Positions 58,432-64,000 of a stretch of DNA of 64,000 nucleotides are shown one piece after another; the stretch's first letter is position 1, and every line of letters starts with the position of its first letter. The position numbers and the translations under genes are program-made. The stretch lies in assembly GCA_963703225.1 (NCBI GenBank), contig OY969801.1, forward strand, positions 512,001 through 576,000, written 5' to 3'. Source of the stretch: Candidatus Eiseniibacteriota bacterium. Lineage in GTDB: Bacteria > Eisenbacteria > RBG-16-71-46 > SZUA-252. The notes below the pieces were generated by a model. It was not told where the DNA came from. It made no database searches and saw only the letters and a program-made list of their open reading frames with translations.

Positions 58432-60033
58432 ATGAGGCTTTTCATGTCATCGCCGGGTTCCTGGCGCACCCTGGCTGTTGTCGGTCTGCTGTCCGTGCTC
58501 GGGGCGTTCGCGCTCTCGTGCGCCAAGGACCCACTTCGGGTCGACCGAAACCGCCCGCCACAAACCTTCCTTGTCGCGGCGCCCATCGATACCACGGTCG
58601 ACGTGTTGTCGTACTCGTATCGGGAGCACCTGTATTGGAGGGGAGAGGACCAGGACGGCTACGTTGTCGGGTTTCTCTGGTCGTGGGACGACTCGAGTAT
58701 CAGCGCCTTTCGCTTCACCACCAAGACCGACAGCATTTTCGAGTTAACCGTGAACGATTCGATGCAGCTCTCCGGAGCCGCCGGAACCAACCCCGGGAAT
58801 TCCAAGCCGCATACGTTCTTCATCCGGGCCGTGGACAATCTGGGGAAGCAGGATCCCTCGCTCACGATCTTCAATCGTAGGTCGTTCCTGGCCGGGACCG
58901 AGCCCCCGATCGTGACATTTGTCGGCGCGATCCCCAACCTGACCGACAACATCGAGATCGACACTTTGTACGACCACACGCCGTTCAGCGTCCACTGGAC
59001 GGCACGGGATCCGGACGGATACGTGACCCGGTATCGGATCAACGTCAGCTCGTATCAGAGTCCATTCTCGACGGATTCCGCAGCCTATTTCAACGATCCC
59101 TCGCAGCCGAGCTCGGTGACCTTGGTGAGCGGTCTCTACACGATGACCGTGACCGCGGCCGACAACGCCAACGCGCTGGGGAGAGCCAATGTCCAATTCG
59201 TGGTCAACCGCGATCCGGAGACATGGTTCCTGCCCAAGAATTCGATACCAATCGGCCATTACATCCAGCCCTTCTTCAAGGGCCAGCTTGTGAATTTCGT
59301 GGGGACGTTCGCTCCCGGAGACACGGTTCCGTATCGGTCCACCGTTTGGTGGGAGTGGGATGGCGACGACTCTCAAGGCGGCGGCGAACCTGATCCTGGG
59401 CCCAACCCCAACCCGGCGGGTTGCCTCACCGGCTGGTCCTTTCTCCTGCGGCCCGGAACCAGGAACGGCAACTTGCCCTACAACATCGGCTTCCTCGACG
59501 TGCTGACCACCACGCCGACGCTGATCCGGTTCAACAACAACAATCCGGATATATTGGGACCGGCGGGATTCACATCATTGATCCTGGACTCGCTGGACGC
59601 GGGGACCGACATCATCGCCCAGGTGGCATCGAGGGACTGCTCGGAGCGGGCCGACGGGACGCCGGCAAGCTTTCTATTCCACTGCAATTTCCCGCCCACG
59701 ATCTCGAGCGTCGCGGTCAGCGACACGATCGCCGACGCGGACCCGACCGACACGAATCCGGCGACCGAGCCCTGCAAATACATCACCTGGCTTTCGGAGG
59801 ACCGCGAGGACGGACTGGCCACGGAGGCCGAGGTGAAGATCGATGACACCTTTACGGAAAAGACCCGAAACCAGATCCAGTTCCTCATCGTCCCGGATCG
59901 CGTATTTCGAGCCCTCTCGCCGGGGCCGAATCATTCCGTGAGCGTGCGCGTGATCGATCGCGCGGGCATCTTCTCCGTGCTCCCCGATGGCCAGATCACG
60001 GTGACATTCAACATGCCGTCCCCAAGGCCATGA
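58432..60033 (+). CDS. Lipoprotein of tandem Ig-like (Y_Y_Y/Fn3-like) modules
   Basis: Lipobox ALS-C. Repeated P.T...W.G.D.DG.V..(F/Y)...RA.D modules. Confidence 0.85.
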   Translation: MRLFMSSPGSWRTLAVVGLLSVLGAFALSCAKDPLRVDRNRPPQTFLVAAPIDTTVDVLSYSYREHLYWRGEDQDGYVVGFLWSWDDSSISAFRFTTKTDSIFELTVNDSMQLSGAAGTNPGNSKPHTFFIRAVDNLGKQDPSLTIFNRRSFLAGTEPPIVTFVGAIPNLTDNIEIDTLYDHTPFSVHWTARDPDGYVTRYRINVSSYQSPFSTDSAAYFNDPSQPSSVTLVSGLYTMTVTAADNANALGRANVQFVVNRDPETWFLPKNSIPIGHYIQPFFKGQLVNFVGTFAPGDTVPYRSTVWWEWDGDDSQGGGEPDPGPNPNPAGCLTGWSFLLRPGTRNGNLPYNIGFLDVLTTTPTLIRFNNNNPDILGPAGFTSLILDSLDAGTDIIAQVASRDCSERADGTPASFLFHCNFPPTISSVAVSDTIADADPTDTNPATEPCKYITWLSEDREDGLATEAEVKIDDTFTEKTRNQIQFLIVPDRVFRALSPGPNHSVSVRVIDRAGIFSVLPDGQITVTFNMPSPRP

Positions 60034-60063
60034 CCTTGCCGAGGAAGAAGGAGTAACCGGCTC

Positions 60064-62322
60064 ATGCAGCGTCGCGTCCTTGCCATCAGCTTCATTCTCG
60101 TGCTCGCTTTGGCCGCAGGGTACATCGTCGGGTGCTCCGACAGTGTCAAGCCACCGCCGCCCCCCCCACCCCTGGATCCCGAAACCGAGCTGACGTTCGC
60201 GCCGATCGAGTTCGACACGACCACCTTCCGGGTCCACTTCTACTGGAATGGGTGGGATAAGGACGGCGAAGTGGTGGGATTCTATTTCGCGACCGACGCA
60301 GACTCGTCGCTCCCGATCACCCAGTGGCACTCGACCACGGCCAAGGACACGACGCTCAAGTTTCTCGTCGACCCGATTCAGCAGGTCCGAAAGCACGTGT
60401 TCCTGATCTCGTCGTTCGACAACAGCAGCCATTACGACAAGACGCCGGCTCGGCGCACCTTCGCGGCCAAGACGGATCCTCCGACGTCAAAGATCGACCG
60501 CGGTCCCTCGGCGTTCAACCCGCAGGTGGGCCCCAACTTCACCTTTGAGTGGTCGGGCGAGGACCCGGACGGCGGAGAGACGGGCGGTAAGGCTCCAGTC
60601 GATTCGTTCGAGTATGTTCTCCTCCTGCTCGGATCCGTGGCGGAGGCGGGGCACCCGCCATTGCCGTCCTACAATGAGCGGTTCTACATCGACCTGCTCA
60701 ATGCGGCGACAGGTCCGACACTTCCCACGGACTTCCAAGGCTACGACTTCTCCGATTGGAAGTGGATCGGCGTCCACGAGCTGAAGCACCGGTATCGAAA
60801 CCAGACGCCCGGCGAATACGTCTTCGCGGAGCGGGCGGTGGACATCGCGGGGGCGACCGAAAGAGTCATGGATTTCGGCAATAACATCCGCCACTTCACG
60901 GTCAGCACCCGGAACCCCGGTCCGATTCTCAGGGTCTCGAGCAGCGTGCTCACGCTCCCGCTGCCGCCAACCTCCGGTCCTGACGACGCGCCCCGGAAGG
61001 CGCTCCAAATCTTCGAAGGAGAGACGGTCAGCTTCTCGTGGAACGCCAGCGCGGACGCGTACGGCGGCGAGGTGGTCGGCTACACGTTCGCGCTCGATGA
61101 CACGACCCTCTTCCCCGGGCTCAATCTTTTCGCGACGGGAGTCACCTACACGCCCGCGCGGCTGACTCCAGGGAATCATTTCCTCTACGTGCGCGCGGTG
61201 GATGACGGAGGTCTCCTCACGAACGCCGTCATCCCGATCCTCATCGTGCACCCCGCGTTCAAGGATCCCGGTACCCCCCGGGAAGTTCTCTACGTCGACG
61301 ACTCGATGTCGCCGGGCAACTCATTGACTCGAATCCAGGATTATCCGTCCGATACGGAGGAATCCGATTGGTGGAGTTTCACGCTCTTACACAATGCCTT
61401 GCCTAGCGGGATTCTCTTCACGGAATGGGACACGTATCGAGTGGGTTCCAGCGACGTGCAAGGGAGGAAACCGCCCGAGCCCCGCGACCTCGCCCGATAC
61501 AGCACCGTCATCTGGAACGTTGACTTCAACAACGGGGTCTCGGAGCCGACGGGTCTCTTCAAGACCCTGGTGGGCGGTGCCTATAGCGAGCTGGCGGGCT
61601 ATCTGCGCGCGGGAGGCACCCTGATCCTGACGGGCTTCGCGATCGGGTCCAATGTCGTAGAGCCTCGATCGACGGTTTATGGGAGCCGGTCCCGCGGCAT
61701 GTGCTTCTCATTGGAGGTCGGGAGTCCCGAATACATTCTCTCCTTCTTCCCGAGGATCTATATGGGGCTCGATGGGGCCTACCCGAACGACCAGGGCCTT
61801 CGGACTCTGGGGGCCAAGGACTTCATCGCGGCCTACCCGACCGTCGATGGTATCGCGGCCGGCTACGACACGGTCCGGATCGACCGCGGTCCGCTGGGCA
61901 GCGGGGCCAAGTGGACCACCTATCCGGGTTCCGGGGATCCGAATCTCAACAGCAGGCCCGGTCTGCCACAGGTGGACGGCTGGATCATGGCGCAGAATTT
62001 CGGTTGCGAGCTTGGCGCGGCCCAGGTATTCAGGCCGGAGAATCCGGGGGCATCGATCGCGCTGCCCGTCTACCGCTACCACGGGGTGAACATGGGAGTC
62101 CTCGAGCAGGCCGGACCCTCGCCGCGGGAGGGGATGGTCGTCGGAATTCAGATGCAGTCCCACAGCTTGGGCACGTCGGGGGCCACGACGTACGATCCGC
62201 GCGCCTCGCTCGGCCGGATGGTCCACCTCGCCTTCCCGCTCTATTTCTTAAGAGACGCGGACGCGATTCGAATTCTACAGACGGCGTTCAACTACGTAGA
62301 CCACTCGCCGACCCTGCCGTAG
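60064..62322 (+). CDS. Lipoprotein with three Ig-like modules and a C-terminal alpha/beta domain
   Basis: Lipobox IVG-C, poly-Pro linker, W.G.D.DG modules, then VLYVDD...YSTVIW...YLRAGGTLILTG. Confidence 0.88.
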   Translation: MQRRVLAISFILVLALAAGYIVGCSDSVKPPPPPPPLDPETELTFAPIEFDTTTFRVHFYWNGWDKDGEVVGFYFATDADSSLPITQWHSTTAKDTTLKFLVDPIQQVRKHVFLISSFDNSSHYDKTPARRTFAAKTDPPTSKIDRGPSAFNPQVGPNFTFEWSGEDPDGGETGGKAPVDSFEYVLLLLGSVAEAGHPPLPSYNERFYIDLLNAATGPTLPTDFQGYDFSDWKWIGVHELKHRYRNQTPGEYVFAERAVDIAGATERVMDFGNNIRHFTVSTRNPGPILRVSSSVLTLPLPPTSGPDDAPRKALQIFEGETVSFSWNASADAYGGEVVGYTFALDDTTLFPGLNLFATGVTYTPARLTPGNHFLYVRAVDDGGLLTNAVIPILIVHPAFKDPGTPREVLYVDDSMSPGNSLTRIQDYPSDTEESDWWSFTLLHNALPSGILFTEWDTYRVGSSDVQGRKPPEPRDLARYSTVIWNVDFNNGVSEPTGLFKTLVGGAYSELAGYLRAGGTLILTGFAIGSNVVEPRSTVYGSRSRGMCFSLEVGSPEYILSFFPRIYMGLDGAYPNDQGLRTLGAKDFIAAYPTVDGIAAGYDTVRIDRGPLGSGAKWTTYPGSGDPNLNSRPGLPQVDGWIMAQNFGCELGAAQVFRPENPGASIALPVYRYHGVNMGVLEQAGPSPREGMVVGIQMQSHSLGTSGATTYDPRASLGRMVHLAFPLYFLRDADAIRILQTAFNYVDHSPTLP

Positions 62323-62440
62323 CTCGGCGGGTTCGCGTCACGATGCAGTAAGGGCGGGGACGCTCGGCCGACATGGCCGAGGGCCCCGCCTCGAGCTTCC
62401 CGCCCCCCGGCCAGCGTCCGGTGACAGAAGAGGCGTCTCC

Positions 62441-64000
62441 GTGGTGAGACTGCTCCTTGCGTTCGCGCTGTGCTCCCTCTGCGCTGCCGGGTGCGCGGAC
62501 TCCGTCAAGCCTCCGGCGCGCTCTCTCCCGATCGATCCCGAGACCGAATTGACCTACGCCCCCGTTGACGGGGATTCCGGCTATTTCCGGTTCCACTTCT
62601 ACTGGAGTGGATCGGACAAGGATGGCGAGGTGGTCCGCTATTATTTCGCGACCGACGCGGGCACGGCGCTCCCGGTCAATCGGTGGAGGAGCACCCACGC
62701 GACGGACTCGACACTCCAGTTCCAAGTCGATCCAATCTTGGCGTCGAAGGTGCACGTGCTCATGGTCTCGGCGGTCGACAACAGCGGCCGCTATGACCCG
62801 ACACCCGCCCGTCGTTCCTTCACGGCGAACACGGTCCCGCCGACTTCCAAGATCGAGCGGGGACCGTCGCCATTCAACCCGATCGTCCCCACAACGTTCA
62901 CGTTCGAGTGGTCCGGAAGCGATCCCGACGGGGTCGATGTCGGGAGGGCGGCGCGGGTCGATTCGTTCGAGTACCTGTTGCTGCAACCCGGTAAAGCGGC
63001 GGAGCCGGGACACCCAGAGCTGGTGCCATTCAATCAGGACGACTACGTCGATCTGATCAATCGTGGAGCCGGGCCAGCCTTGGCCGCGCCGTTTGATGAC
63101 TGGAAGTGGACCGGACTGCGCGCGCTGGGGAAACGCTTTCAAGGCGCCGCGCCGGGCGAGTACGTCTTCGCGGAGCGCGCGGTCGATCTCGCGGGGGCCA
63201 CCGAGAAGGCGCTCCAATTCGGAAGGAACATCCGGCACTTCACGGTCGCCGGCAGCGGTCCGGCGCCGGCTCCGGCGGGGCCCCGGCTCAGCGTCTCCGC
63301 GGACATCCTCTTCCTGCCCCTGCAAGCCGTGGGGCCCGTCGACAAGCAGCGGAAGGCCATGGAAATCCTCGAGGGCGAGGTGATCCACTTCTCGTGGGTC
63401 GCGAGCGCGGAGGCGTATGGCGGAAGGATCGTCGGGTACACCCACGCGCTCGACGACATCAGTGCCTTCCCAAATCCGGATCCGGGTCATGTCGGGGCCA
63501 CGTACACGCGCGCCCAGCTCACGACTGGGATCCACACCCTGTACGTGCGCGCGGTCGACGACGGCGGGCTTGTGACCAACGCGGTCATTCCCATCCTGGT
63601 GATCCACCCTGCGTTCAAGGACCCCGGGGCTCCGCGCGAGATCCTCTACGTGGACGATTCGATGTCGCCTGGCAATCAATTGACTCGAATCTGGAACTAT
63701 CCCTCCGACACCGAGGAGACCAATTGGTGGACGCTGAACCTGCTGCCGACGCTGGGCGTACCCTACGCCGAATGGGACACCTATCTCGCCGGCATGGAAG
63801 GTGTGGAAGGCCGGAAGACACCTGAGCTGCGGGACCTGGCCCGCTACTCGACCGTGATCTGGAACGTCGACTTCAACAACGGTGTCTCGAGCCCGACAGG
63901 TCTCTTCAAGACCCTCGTCGGGGGGGATACCAGCCCCCTGGCATCGTATCTCCGGGCTGGGGGCACCCTGATCCTGACCGGCTTCGCGATCGGCTCCAAC
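62441..64000 (+). CDS. Paralogue of the 60064-62322 lipoprotein (truncated by the window end)
   Basis: Not in the ORF track. GTG 62441 after GAGG gives VVRLLLAFALCSLCAAG-C-ADSVKPP, collinear with the preceding gene through GGTLILTGFAIGSN. Confidence 0.88.
   Translation, partial: MVRLLLAFALCSLCAAGCADSVKPPARSLPIDPETELTYAPVDGDSGYFRFHFYWSGSDKDGEVVRYYFATDAGTALPVNRWRSTHATDSTLQFQVDPILASKVHVLMVSAVDNSGRYDPTPARRSFTANTVPPTSKIERGPSPFNPIVPTTFTFEWSGSDPDGVDVGRAARVDSFEYLLLQPGKAAEPGHPELVPFNQDDYVDLINRGAGPALAAPFDDWKWTGLRALGKRFQGAAPGEYVFAERAVDLAGATEKALQFGRNIRHFTVAGSGPAPAPAGPRLSVSADILFLPLQAVGPVDKQRKAMEILEGEVIHFSWVASAEAYGGRIVGYTHALDDISAFPNPDPGHVGATYTRAQLTTGIHTLYVRAVDDGGLVTNAVIPILVIHPAFKDPGAPREILYVDDSMSPGNQLTRIWNYPSDTEETNWWTLNLLPTLGVPYAEWDTYLAGMEGVEGRKTPELRDLARYSTVIWNVDFNNGVSSPTGLFKTLVGGDTSPLASYLRAGGTLILTGFAIGSN

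Overview
High-GC window from a diderm bacterium. The C-terminal FlgD-Ig/T9SS-like sorting domain and the gene complement suggest an FCB-related candidate lineage such as Ca. Eisenbacteria (inference only). Most of it is core chromosome: a GAF/PAS histidine kinase, a lipoprotein plus outer-membrane barrel pair, a GH15 homologue, GT2/GT87 glycosyltransferases, a sigma54 activator followed by hsp20-dnaK-msrA, a Ser/Thr kinase-TPR protein, a second sigma54 activator, padR-CAAX protease, ECF sigma/ZAS anti-sigma-GT9-HEAT/cyclophilin, a nucleoside salvage operon (hpt-udk-permease-PNP), hom-thrC-thrB-lysC, tolA-like/tolB/pal/cpoB, clpB, PTS IIA, vanZ-hisS-aspS, a LysM lipoprotein and phoH-7TM/HD-ybeY-DUF502-recO-glyQ-glyS. 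The last 10 kb hold an uncharacterised cell-surface locus: a strong promoter, a ~430-nt structured leader, a 1273-aa Cys-rich secreted protein with a CTD, and three related Ig-repeat lipoproteins. About 13 genes between 12 and 47 kb, including essential ones, carry single-base frameshifts that look like long-read errors. I saw no rRNA, tRNA, CRISPR array or mobile element. The most notable signals are a sigma54-driven chaperone module under a sensor-less activator, the surface-protein locus and its leader, a GH15 lacking its catalytic acid and apparently starting at CTG, and recurrent leaderless-type promoters.
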